Of a DNA stretch of 64,000 nt, positions 8,125-16,807 are shown one piece after another. How positions within the stretch are numbered: position 1 is the stretch's first letter; every line of letters begins with the position of its first letter. The translations under genes and the position numbers were made by a program. The notes below the pieces were generated by a model. It was not told the origin of the DNA. It ran no database searches and saw nothing but the letters and a program-made list of their open reading frames with translations. Origin of the DNA: an uncultured Planctomycetia bacterium (GTDB lineage: Bacteria > Omnitrophota > Gorgyraeia > Taenaricolales > CAZCCH01); NCBI GenBank assembly GCA_964497315.1, contig CAZCCH010000005.1:1885-65884 (forward strand), read 5' to 3'.

Positions 8125-9156
8125 GTGCAATCCCAAAAGATTTTAATTATAAGAACAGATCGCATAGGCGATGTGGTGCTTTCAACGCCTATTATTAAAG
8201 CAGCCAGGAAAAAATTTCCCAATGCATATTTGGCTATGATGGTAAGGCCTTATGCAAAAGATATCATTTTAGGAAATCCCTACCTAGATAAGATAATCCT
8301 CTATGATAAATACAAAACCCACAAATCAATTTTTGCTACTTTAAAATTTGCATTGAACTTAAAACGTGAACACTTCACTACAGCATTAATACTTCATCCT
8401 ACAAACAGGGTAAATTGGATAACATTTTTAGCTAGGATACCCGAAAGAATAGGATGGAATAAAAAATGCGGATTTTTACTAACTAAAAAACTACCCTACA
8501 TAAAACATAAAGGCGAAAAGCACGAATCGGAATACACCATGGATTTAGCAAAGGTAATTGGCATAGATGGTGATAGAAAAGATTTATTTATGCCTATAAG
8601 AGAAGATGCTAGAAAATCAGTGACCGACTTTTTAACATCTTGCGATGTTTCCAATGAGGACATATTAATAGGCATACATCCTGGAGCGAGCTGCCCATCA
8701 AAACGCTGGCCCATAGAACGCTTTGGACAAATTGCTGATAGGATTATGAAAGAATTTAAATGCAAGGTAATCATCCTTTATGGGCCAGGAGAAAATAACC
8801 TAGCAGAAGCAATTAAAGGAGCCATGAAAACTTCCCCCATAATAGCTAAAAATAACTTTAGCGTAGCAGAACTTGCAGTAGCTTTAAAAAGGTGCACTTT
8901 ATTAGTTACAAATGATAATGGACCTATGCATATAGCTACTAGTGTAGGTACACCTGTTGTAGCTATATTTGGGAGGCTTCAGGCAGGTCTTAGTCCCACA
9001 AGATGGGGGTCCTTGGGCGAAAAAGACGTATATCTGCATAAAGATGTAGGTTGTAAGGAGTGCCTTGCTCACAATTGCAGGCTTAATTTTAGATGCCTTG
9101 AGGCTATTTCTGTGGATGAGGTACATGAAAAGGCCTCTAATTTGCTTAAAAACTAG
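8125..9156 (+). CDS. Glycosyltransferase family 9 (ADP-heptose:LPS heptosyltransferase-like)
   Basis: The N-terminal ILIIRTDRIGDVVLSTPIIKAARKKFPNA and the central GPGENN...TNDNGPMHIA motif are typical of WaaC/WaaF-type GT9 enzymes. Confidence 0.75.
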   Translation: MQSQKILIIRTDRIGDVVLSTPIIKAARKKFPNAYLAMMVRPYAKDIILGNPYLDKIILYDKYKTHKSIFATLKFALNLKREHFTTALILHPTNRVNWITFLARIPERIGWNKKCGFLLTKKLPYIKHKGEKHESEYTMDLAKVIGIDGDRKDLFMPIREDARKSVTDFLTSCDVSNEDILIGIHPGASCPSKRWPIERFGQIADRIMKEFKCKVIILYGPGENNLAEAIKGAMKTSPIIAKNNFSVAELAVALKRCTLLVTNDNGPMHIATSVGTPVVAIFGRLQAGLSPTRWGSLGEKDVYLHKDVGCKECLAHNCRLNFRCLEAISVDEVHEKASNLLKN

Positions 9157-9168
9157 GTTTTTTGGCTC

Positions 9169-9197
9169 TTGACAGCTTAGTTAGCTCATGGTAAAAT
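9169..9197 (+). promoter_or_regulatory. Sigma70-type promoter
   Basis: TTGACA, 17-nt spacer, TAAAAT. Confidence 0.5.
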
Positions 9198-9219
9198 AAG
9201 CCCTTAATATGGTGGTAAT

Positions 9220-10164
9220 ATGAGTAAAATAGACCTAGATAAAATAAAGACATATTCTATATATAAAAGGCAAAGCAAGATAAATATGAAAAATTTTGCC
9301 AAACCAACGCCCCGTAAGGCTAGTTTTGTCCTCTTTTTAGAGAGCCTACCAGATGTATTAGCTGTGCGTGACTTTAAGACATTAGTTAAGGCAATTGCAA
9401 AAGCGCGCGCAGGCAAAAGACCAAAACCTGTTATATTTATGCTAGGTGCCCATGTTATCAAATGCGGGCTTAGTCCTTTAATTATAGATTTGATGAAAAA
9501 GGGCATCATAAGTGGCATTGCACTTAATGGTGCTGGTGTTATCCACGATGTAGAGCTGGCATTAACAGGCCGCACATCAGAGGATGTAGCAAAGGCAATA
9601 AAGAATGGTTCTTTTGGTATGGCCAAAGAAACCGCGCAGTTTGTAAATAGCGCTATAAATAAAGCATCCGAAAAAAATATTGGCCTAGGTGAGTCTGTAG
9701 CAGGGGCCATTGCAAATAAGAAAACAGGTTATAAAAAATATTCAATACTTTATACAGCAAAAAGATTAAAAATTCCTGTAACCGTACATGTAGCTATTGG
9801 GACAGATATCATACACCAACATCCTTCTTGTGACGGTGCGGCATTAGGGGAGAGCTCTTTAAAAGACTTCCACACACTCATTGAGCAAGTTTCAAAATTA
9901 CAGGGTGGCGTATTAGTCAATGTGGGTTCTAGTGTAATTTTACCTGAGGTGTTTTTAAAGGCCTTAACTGTTGCTCGAAACCTAAAATTTAAAGTGAAAA
10001 ACTTCACTACAGCTAATTTGGATATGATACCTCATTACAGGCCCTATCAAAACGTAGTCGTAAGGCCTAATCTGGGCGGCGGTAGAGGGTATATGATTAC
10101 AGGGCATCATGAGATAATGATACCTCTCTTACACAGGGCATTAGTAGAAAAATGCAAAATTTAA
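9220..10164 (+). CDS. Conserved hypothetical protein, possibly with a deoxyhypusine-synthase-like fold. Function unknown.
   Basis: A 314-aa ORF inside the heptose/Kdo cluster. The motif LNGAGVIHDVELALTG is only weakly reminiscent of DHS-family NAD-binding loops. Confidence 0.4.
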   Translation: MSKIDLDKIKTYSIYKRQSKINMKNFAKPTPRKASFVLFLESLPDVLAVRDFKTLVKAIAKARAGKRPKPVIFMLGAHVIKCGLSPLIIDLMKKGIISGIALNGAGVIHDVELALTGRTSEDVAKAIKNGSFGMAKETAQFVNSAINKASEKNIGLGESVAGAIANKKTGYKKYSILYTAKRLKIPVTVHVAIGTDIIHQHPSCDGAALGESSLKDFHTLIEQVSKLQGGVLVNVGSSVILPEVFLKALTVARNLKFKVKNFTTANLDMIPHYRPYQNVVVRPNLGGGRGYMITGHHEIMIPLLHRALVEKCKI

Positions 10165-11141
10165 ATAAACTAAAAAAAATAATATCTAAATTTTCAGATA
10201 CAAAGATTCTGGTTGTAGGGGATCTTATACTGGATGAATTTATCTGGGGTAAGGTAGATAGGATCTCCCCCGAAGCCCCTGTACCTGTTGTGCGGGCGGA
10301 TAAGGAAACCTATCTTCCTGGTGGAGCAAGCAATGTGGCTAGTAATATAGCAGCCTTGGGTGCAGAGGTTTCAGTGGCAGGTGTCATAGGTAATGACAGA
10401 AGAGGGGAGGAGCTTGCAAGCTTAATGCTTGATGGAGGAATTAACACAGAAGGTCTTATAGTAGATGAAGATAGGCCCACCACACAAAAATCGCGCATAG
10501 TAGCCCATCACCAGCAGGTAGTCAGGATAGATAGAGAGAAAAGCGAAGACCTATCAAAAGACACTTTAGATCAACTAATAGAGTATGTCAAAGGCAAAAT
10601 ACCAGAAGTAGATGCAGTCGTAATAGAGGATTATGGAAAAGGTGTTATTACAGCATCCCTTCTAAAAGCAATAGTTAAATTTGCAAAGCAAAACAAAAAA
10701 ATAATTACAGTTGACCCAAAAGAGAACCACTTTAGTTACTACAAAGGCGTTACAGCCATAACGCCAAATCATAAAGAAGCCCAAGATGCTGTAGGTATAA
10801 AGATAACAGACCGAGGAAGCCTTAAAAAAACAGGCCTTAAGTTATTAAAAGACCTTAACTGTAGGGCAGTTTTAATAACCCTTGGTGAAGAGGGTATGTG
10901 CTTGTTTGAGAAAAGTGGTAAAATTACACATATCCCTACAGCAGCACAGGAGGTCTTTGATGTCTCTGGTGCAGGGGATACAGTTATAGCGTGTTTCACA
11001 CTTGCCCTAGCAAGTAGAGCAAGCATGGTTGATGCTGCTAGGATTTCAAATGTAGCAGCAGGGATAGTTGTTGAGAAAGTAGGCGTGGCAGCCACAACAG
11101 GCGAAGAATTAAAAAAGAGGTTACGCACATGGAAGCAATAG
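10152..11141 (+). CDS. hldE: D-glycero-beta-D-manno-heptose-7-phosphate kinase (pfkB family; HldE domain I / RfaE1-like, stand-alone)
   Basis: ILVVGDLILDEFIWGKVDRISPEAPVPVV and the C-terminal DVSGAGDT are pfkB motifs. It lies among LPS core genes. Confidence 0.8.
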   Translation: MQNLNKLKKIISKFSDTKILVVGDLILDEFIWGKVDRISPEAPVPVVRADKETYLPGGASNVASNIAALGAEVSVAGVIGNDRRGEELASLMLDGGINTEGLIVDEDRPTTQKSRIVAHHQQVVRIDREKSEDLSKDTLDQLIEYVKGKIPEVDAVVIEDYGKGVITASLLKAIVKFAKQNKKIITVDPKENHFSYYKGVTAITPNHKEAQDAVGIKITDRGSLKKTGLKLLKDLNCRAVLITLGEEGMCLFEKSGKITHIPTAAQEVFDVSGAGDTVIACFTLALASRASMVDAARISNVAAGIVVEKVGVAATTGEELKKRLRTWKQ

Positions 11142-11917
11142 GAATAATTCCAGCAAGATATGGCTCGACGAGGCTCGATGGGAAGGTATTAGCCCCAATC
11201 GCCGGTAAGCCTATGATACAGCATGTATGGGAACAGGCGAAGAAGGTAAAAATTTTAGACGATCTTATTATAGCTGCAGATGATGAAAGAATAATTGATG
11301 TAGTTAAAAAATTCGGTGGAAAGGCAATCTTTACTGCCAAGGAGCATCGTTCAGGCACAGATAGATTAACAGAGATTGCCAATCCTTTGGAAGTTAAGGT
11401 AGTTGTAAATATACAAGCAGATGAGCCGATGATAGACCCAAGCATGGTAGATGGCGTTGTCAGAACACTCCTTGATGATGAAGAGCTTGTTATGGCTACT
11501 GTTGCAAAAAAAATTACAGCTGAATCTGAACTTACAGACCCTAACGTGGTTAAGGTAATTGTAGATAAAAATGGTTTCGCGATTTATTTCTCAAGAGCAC
11601 CGATACCTTATGTAAGAGAATCAGAACCCACCTCCAGTGGACACTCGCTTATGTTTGGGGTAGGAAGCCTTTTTCATTCACCTAAGTATAAAATTTCCGA
11701 TGCAACATATAAACATATAGGCATGTATGCATATACAAAAGACTTTCTTTTTACCTTCACTAACATGCCTACATCATCTTTGGAAAAAATAGAAAAATTA
11801 GAGCAGTTGCGTGTTTTAGAAAACGGTTACAAGATAAAGATTTTAGAAACCACTCATGACAGCATTGGCGTAGATACACCAGAAGATTTAGAGAGGGTAA
11901 AAAAGATTTTAGAATAA
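11129..11917 (+). CDS. kdsB: 3-deoxy-manno-octulosonate cytidylyltransferase (CMP-Kdo synthetase)
   Basis: IGIIPARYGSTRLDGKVLAPIAGKPMIQHV is the canonical KdsB N-terminus. Confidence 0.85.
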   Translation: MEAIGIIPARYGSTRLDGKVLAPIAGKPMIQHVWEQAKKVKILDDLIIAADDERIIDVVKKFGGKAIFTAKEHRSGTDRLTEIANPLEVKVVVNIQADEPMIDPSMVDGVVRTLLDDEELVMATVAKKITAESELTDPNVVKVIVDKNGFAIYFSRAPIPYVRESEPTSSGHSLMFGVGSLFHSPKYKISDATYKHIGMYAYTKDFLFTFTNMPTSSLEKIEKLEQLRVLENGYKIKILETTHDSIGVDTPEDLERVKKILE

Positions 11918-11926
11918 AGGCTTGAA

Positions 11927-12757
11927 ATGAAACCAAGAGTTATAAAGGTAAGCAATATAAAAATAGGCAGACCAAATCCTTTAATTTTAATAGCAGGTCC
12001 GTGCGTAATAGAATCTGAGAAACACGCTTTAATACATGCTGAAAAAATAAAGGCCATTGCTAATAGAGCAGGTGTTGAGTTTATTTATAAATCCAGTTAT
12101 GATAAGGCAAACAGAAGTTCTATGAACTCATTTAGGGGGCCTGGTTTGAAAAAAGGCCTTAAGATTTTAGAAAAGGTAAAAAAGAAAATAGGTGTTCCAG
12201 TTTTAAGCGATGTACACTGCCGTACAGAATTAAATGAAGCAAAGAAAATTTTAGATGTTATTCAAATCCCCGCATTTTTGTCTCGGCAGACTGATTTTAT
12301 CATTGAAGCAGCAAAGACTGAGAAAGTGCTAAATGTAAAAAAGGGTCAGTTTTTAGCACCCAATGATATGATTAATGTGGTTGAGAAGATATCCCGTTCC
12401 GGAAATAAAAATATACTAATTACAGAAAGAGGCACAAGTTTTGGCTATAATAATCTTGTTAGTGATATGCGCTCCCTTGCGATTATGAGGCAGTTTGGAT
12501 ATCCCATTCTTTACGATGCCACACACAGTGTTCAGCTACCAGGCGGGCAAGGACATTGTTCAGGTGGGCAGCGGGAGTTTATCAAAGGGCTTGCGAGGGC
12601 TGCTGTTGCAATGGGTTGTGATGGGCTTTTTGTGGAAGTCCATCAAACCCCAGACAAAGCACCCTGTGATGGGCCCAACATGTTAGGATTGGATGAATTA
12701 GAGGACTTATTAGGTGAAGTTGTAGAGATAGACACAATTATAAAGGAGGCAGAGTGA
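11927..12757 (+). CDS. kdsA: 2-dehydro-3-deoxyphosphooctonate aldolase (Kdo-8-P synthase)
   Basis: LILIAGPCVIES, KSSYDKANRSS and AFLSRQTD match KdsA. Confidence 0.85.
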   Translation: MKPRVIKVSNIKIGRPNPLILIAGPCVIESEKHALIHAEKIKAIANRAGVEFIYKSSYDKANRSSMNSFRGPGLKKGLKILEKVKKKIGVPVLSDVHCRTELNEAKKILDVIQIPAFLSRQTDFIIEAAKTEKVLNVKKGQFLAPNDMINVVEKISRSGNKNILITERGTSFGYNNLVSDMRSLAIMRQFGYPILYDATHSVQLPGGQGHCSGGQREFIKGLARAAVAMGCDGLFVEVHQTPDKAPCDGPNMLGLDELEDLLGEVVEIDTIIKEAE

Positions 12758-13842
12758 TGCATTGTTCAATGGAGAAGGTATTAACCAAAAGACCACAATA
12801 TGTTATCGACAAATTAGGTGCTGACAGTAAGGCTTGCCTTATAAATTCAGCTGATGTCTTCAGCAGCTTGAAGGAAAGCAAGGTAATAGTAATGACTTGC
12901 AATACCAGGATAAAGCTTGCAATACCTGGTATTATGCAAGCTGCAGAAGAATTAGATGCTGTAGTAGGTTTTGAATTGGCGAAATCCGAAGGCAACGTTG
13001 ATGGAGGCTACACAGGCCAAGACCCAAAGACCTATTTTGAAACAGTAACTAGCTATGCAAAAGAAATTAATTTTACGAAACCTTTCTTTATTCATGGCGA
13101 CCACATTACAGTGAAAAACACCTCAAAGGAAGCCGTTGATGAAGCAAGAGCACTAATTGCAGCTGAACTTGATGCAGGGTATACTTCCTTTGCAATAGAT
13201 GCCTCTTTCAATGAACTACCTGATAACATAAAGATAACAGCAGAGTTGGTAAAGCCTATCATTGAAAAAGGAATTGGCCTTGAAGTAGAAGTAGGAGAGG
13301 TTAAGGCAGCAGGGAAAGAGGCAGTCTTAACTACGGTGGAAGAGGCAGTTGAGTTTATTTCAGGGCTTAACAAGCTAGGTGTACACCCAAATCTTCTTGC
13401 TATAAATAATGGTTCTAAGCATGGCAACTATTTAGCAGGAGAGAAGGTTTCAATTGATTTGGAGACAACAGGAAAAATATATGAAGCCATAAAAGGCTTC
13501 GGCGTATGTCTTGCCCAGCATGGCATAACAGGTACTCCTCTTAGCATAGTAGGTACATTCGCAGAATATGGCATCAGAAAAGGAAATGTCGGTACTATAT
13601 GGCAAAATGTAGCGCACCAGGGACTACCGGAAGATTTAATGCAGGAAATGCGTAAATGGGCAGAAGAGAATAAAAAAGATATCAAATTTGCCACCAAACC
13701 ATTTAAATCCAGAATAGACAATGTTCCAGATGAGAACAAGAAACAAATAACTGAGCTTGCTTATAAAGAAGCGAAGGATTTCATTGAGGCCTTCAGGGCC
13801 CAAGGTACGGCAAGTACTATTTGCGAAGCATTATCTAAGTAG
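12757..13842 (+). CDS. Class II ketose-bisphosphate aldolase (fructose/tagatose-bisphosphate aldolase family)
   Basis: FIHGDHITVK, NNGSKHGNY and a Zn-ligand His pattern. An SD AAGGAGG lies 8 nt upstream of the ATG, which overlaps the kdsA stop. Confidence 0.6.
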   Translation: MHCSMEKVLTKRPQYVIDKLGADSKACLINSADVFSSLKESKVIVMTCNTRIKLAIPGIMQAAEELDAVVGFELAKSEGNVDGGYTGQDPKTYFETVTSYAKEINFTKPFFIHGDHITVKNTSKEAVDEARALIAAELDAGYTSFAIDASFNELPDNIKITAELVKPIIEKGIGLEVEVGEVKAAGKEAVLTTVEEAVEFISGLNKLGVHPNLLAINNGSKHGNYLAGEKVSIDLETTGKIYEAIKGFGVCLAQHGITGTPLSIVGTFAEYGIRKGNVGTIWQNVAHQGLPEDLMQEMRKWAEENKKDIKFATKPFKSRIDNVPDENKKQITELAYKEAKDFIEAFRAQGTASTICEALSK

Positions 13843-13851
13843 ACATAAAGA

Positions 13852-13899
13852 TAGGGACTGACTTTAAAAGCTTTTAAAAAACAGTCCCTATTTTATTTC
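13852..13899. terminator. Bidirectional terminator hairpin between the convergent fba-like and lptG genes
   Basis: TAGGGACTG-(loop containing the palindrome TTAAAAGCTTTTAA)-CAGTCCCTA, followed by TTTTATTT. Confidence 0.5.
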
Positions 13900-14978
13900 A
13901 ATAACAATATTCCAGCGCAGAAAAATACAACATTGGCAAGCCATGCACTGCCTAAAGGATCAAGCCAGCCGCCTTTACCAAAGGCCAAAGATACAGCCAT
14001 AACAGTGTAGTAGATAAAACTTATTACTACACTCATACCTATTCCAAAAAGCACCCCACTCTTTCTAGCCCGCAGGCTTATGGCAGCACCAATAAATACT
14101 ATAATAAATGTTATAAAAGGAAAAGCCGTTTTATAGTGTAAATCTACACTAAGCCGCATGGCGGTTTTAGGTTCTACCTTTGCAAGGCGCTCTATATATT
14201 CTTTTAGCGTTTCATAGCTCATATGTTCTGAGCGGAATTGCCCCCTTAGGAATTCTTTTGGAGTTTCTGTGATACCTAGTGTTGTTTTACTATAAGTTAA
14301 GGGTTTAGTTTCAAGATTATTCCCGAGCCCAAAGTCATATATAACACAGTCATAAAACACCCATTTATTTTTAGTCCAAACAGCCTTTTTGGCTGTGATT
14401 TTTTTTCTTAATCTATGCAATATATCTTGCTCTAAGATTATTAAATCATATAGTACCTTTTTAACAGGATCAAAGCTTTTTGCATAAAACATACGATTTT
14501 GCGCACCATAAAGTGCTACATCTTTTATCAAAGAAGATTTTTTCGCAGATGGGCTCTCAACCCTTTCAATTTTATCTTGTTTTATAATAGTAGCAGTCAT
14601 AGTAGCCTCAGGTAAAATTCTTTCATTCACCAGCGCTATAACAACACTTGCTAAAAGCCCCATCAGCAAAAATGGCCTGATTATCCTAAATACACCTATA
14701 CCGCTTGCCTTCATAGCAGTAATTTCATTGTACTTATTTAAGATACCTATTGTATAGACTGTTGCTAAAAGCACCGCTACCGGTGCAACTTGGACAAATA
14801 TAGAAGGAAGAAGGCACAGGTAATAGTCAAAAAGCATCATCATGCCTACTTTGTTACGGAGTATTTCATCTAAATGGCCAAATATATCAATGATTACATA
14901 AAGCATAACAAATACTGTCAGGCAGTACAATAATGGCGGGATAAAAGACCTAAGCAAGTATTTATCTAAAATTCTCAT
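13893..14978 (-). CDS. lptG: LPS export ABC permease LptG (YjgP/YjgQ family)
   Basis: A 361-aa protein with 6 TM segments and a periplasmic beta-jellyroll region. It is paired with its paralog LptF. Confidence 0.75.
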   Translation of the reverse strand: MRILDKYLLRSFIPPLLYCLTVFVMLYVIIDIFGHLDEILRNKVGMMMLFDYYLCLLPSIFVQVAPVAVLLATVYTIGILNKYNEITAMKASGIGVFRIIRPFLLMGLLASVVIALVNERILPEATMTATIIKQDKIERVESPSAKKSSLIKDVALYGAQNRMFYAKSFDPVKKVLYDLIILEQDILHRLRKKITAKKAVWTKNKWVFYDCVIYDFGLGNNLETKPLTYSKTTLGITETPKEFLRGQFRSEHMSYETLKEYIERLAKVEPKTAMRLSVDLHYKTAFPFITFIIVFIGAAISLRARKSGVLFGIGMSVVISFIYYTVMAVSLAFGKGGWLDPLGSAWLANVVFFCAGILLLK

Positions 14979-14980
14979 CT

Positions 14981-16069
14981 TTACCTTTCAAGCGTAAATA
15001 AAGCCAAACCAAATCCAAACACAATTAAAAGCGCATCAGGAGCCCACATAACTAAAGCAGGATTTGCTATACCCTTAAGCGATATTGCCTCAGCAGCAAC
15101 CATTAGTATATAGTATATAATAATTACACCTAGACTTAAACCAAAACCTACTGCATGCTCACCTCTTTTTGTAAGTAAGGCAATAGGTACACCGATAAAT
15201 ATAAATGCCAAGGCAGCAAAGGAGAGGGCAATCTTTTTATGTATTTCAGTAACAAGAGGAAATACATCAATAGATTTTTCCTTAAAATCTTTAATTTCTC
15301 TATTTAGTTCATCTATGGTCATATCCTTAGGTTTTTTATCAAGCTGTCGGTTAGCGCCTTTTAGACGTAAGAAAAGCTCATAGCTGTTAAACTTTAACCT
15401 AAAAAACCTGCCAGGATATTTAGGATCAGGTTCATCACTCATACCCTTTTCAAGCCTTATTTTTACACCACCTCTTTTTGGCATAGGGATGAATTCACCA
15501 GACTCTGCTACTATAGTCCTTGTAGGCTTATCTTGTTGGGGTTGATATATCCTTATACCGGATAGTCTATTACCCCTTACTTCATAGACAAAGATTATAT
15601 AATTTTTAAAACTTTTTATAAATGTACCTGCCTCTAGAGCTGCAGCAGGTTTTTTCATGCCGATTTCTTCAACGAGTTTTCGTGATTTATAATGGGCTTG
15701 AGGTAAAACCCTATCATTTAAAATACAAGAGCCTACGCTCAACATAAGACCAATAAGTATAAGAGAGGAGGTTATTCTAAAAAGACTAATACCGCTTGCC
15801 CTCATAGCAGTTATTTCATTATCAGAAGATAAACGGCCGAATGTAATAATAGTTCCGGTTAAAATAGACATAGGAATAGAATAACTCAAAAGATATGGCG
15901 TCATATACCCGAATAATAACACACAGGTGTTTAAAGGAATACCCTTTGTTATGACAAGCTCTGCAAGCTTAATCATATTACCCATAAGCAAGACAAAGGT
16001 AAATATGCCAAGTGACACAAGAAAAGAAGCTGCAAGCTCACTTAATATGTAATTACGTAAAATCCTCAA
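14981..16069 (-). CDS. lptF: LPS export ABC permease LptF (YjgP/YjgQ family)
   Basis: A paralogous 362-aa YjgP/YjgQ-type membrane protein immediately upstream of lptG. Confidence 0.75.
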   Translation of the reverse strand: MRILRNYILSELAASFLVSLGIFTFVLLMGNMIKLAELVITKGIPLNTCVLLFGYMTPYLLSYSIPMSILTGTIITFGRLSSDNEITAMRASGISLFRITSSLILIGLMLSVGSCILNDRVLPQAHYKSRKLVEEIGMKKPAAALEAGTFIKSFKNYIIFVYEVRGNRLSGIRIYQPQQDKPTRTIVAESGEFIPMPKRGGVKIRLEKGMSDEPDPKYPGRFFRLKFNSYELFLRLKGANRQLDKKPKDMTIDELNREIKDFKEKSIDVFPLVTEIHKKIALSFAALAFIFIGVPIALLTKRGEHAVGFGLSLGVIIIYYILMVAAEAISLKGIANPALVMWAPDALLIVFGFGLALFTLER

Positions 16070-16773
16070 AGTTTCCTACCTCTTGCTAAAGTTAAGACTT
16101 CAATTTTTTTTGCCCCCGCCTCAATTAAAGCCTTGCTACATTCATTTACAGTAGACCCTGTTGTAAAAACATCATCAACCAATAATAAAGATTTATCTTT
16201 GATATTGCATTTATTTAAACAAAAGCCATCTTTTATATTAAGTTGCCTTTGTTGTTTTGTTAAAGTTGACTGCGAGAGAGTTGGCTTTATCTTTTTTAAG
16301 GCATTGCAGACAGGCATATTAAATTTATCTGATAAAGCCTTTGCTAAGATATAAGATTGATTAAACCCTCGCTCTTGTAAGGTTGCCCTATTTAGGGGTA
16401 CCGCAGCAATTAGATCAAATCTTTTAATACCTACATATTTACTAGTAAAATCACACAATAAATTACTTAAGAATTTTGATAAACAAAGTTTCTTTTTATA
16501 TTTTAGAAGATGAATACATTCTTTTATTACACCTTCATATATACATGCAGACCAAACCTTGTTAAAATGAAATTTTTGACCGTATGACATAAAAGGTAAG
16601 GGTTGTGCATATATAATTTGACTAAGGCACTCCTGGCATAAAAAGTCTTTATTACTAAATTTAAGCTTAACATGACATATCTGGCATGTTGCGGGGTATA
16701 CCAAATCTATTGCAGCCAGTGTTAGGTCTTTTAAACTAATAGTTCCCATTGCATCAAGTATAGCACACACCAT
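16066..16773 (-). CDS. comFC: ComF-family phosphoribosyltransferase-domain protein
   Basis: An N-terminal Cys-rich zinc-finger-like region (CQICH...CQEC) and the C-terminal PRTase motif LLVDDVFTTGSTV. Confidence 0.7.
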   Translation of the reverse strand: MVCAILDAMGTISLKDLTLAAIDLVYPATCQICHVKLKFSNKDFLCQECLSQIIYAQPLPFMSYGQKFHFNKVWSACIYEGVIKECIHLLKYKKKLCLSKFLSNLLCDFTSKYVGIKRFDLIAAVPLNRATLQERGFNQSYILAKALSDKFNMPVCNALKKIKPTLSQSTLTKQQRQLNIKDGFCLNKCNIKDKSLLLVDDVFTTGSTVNECSKALIEAGAKKIEVLTLARGRKL

Positions 16774-16807
16774 GGGTATTTGTTAAGAGAAAATATAGTA
16801 CTTATTA

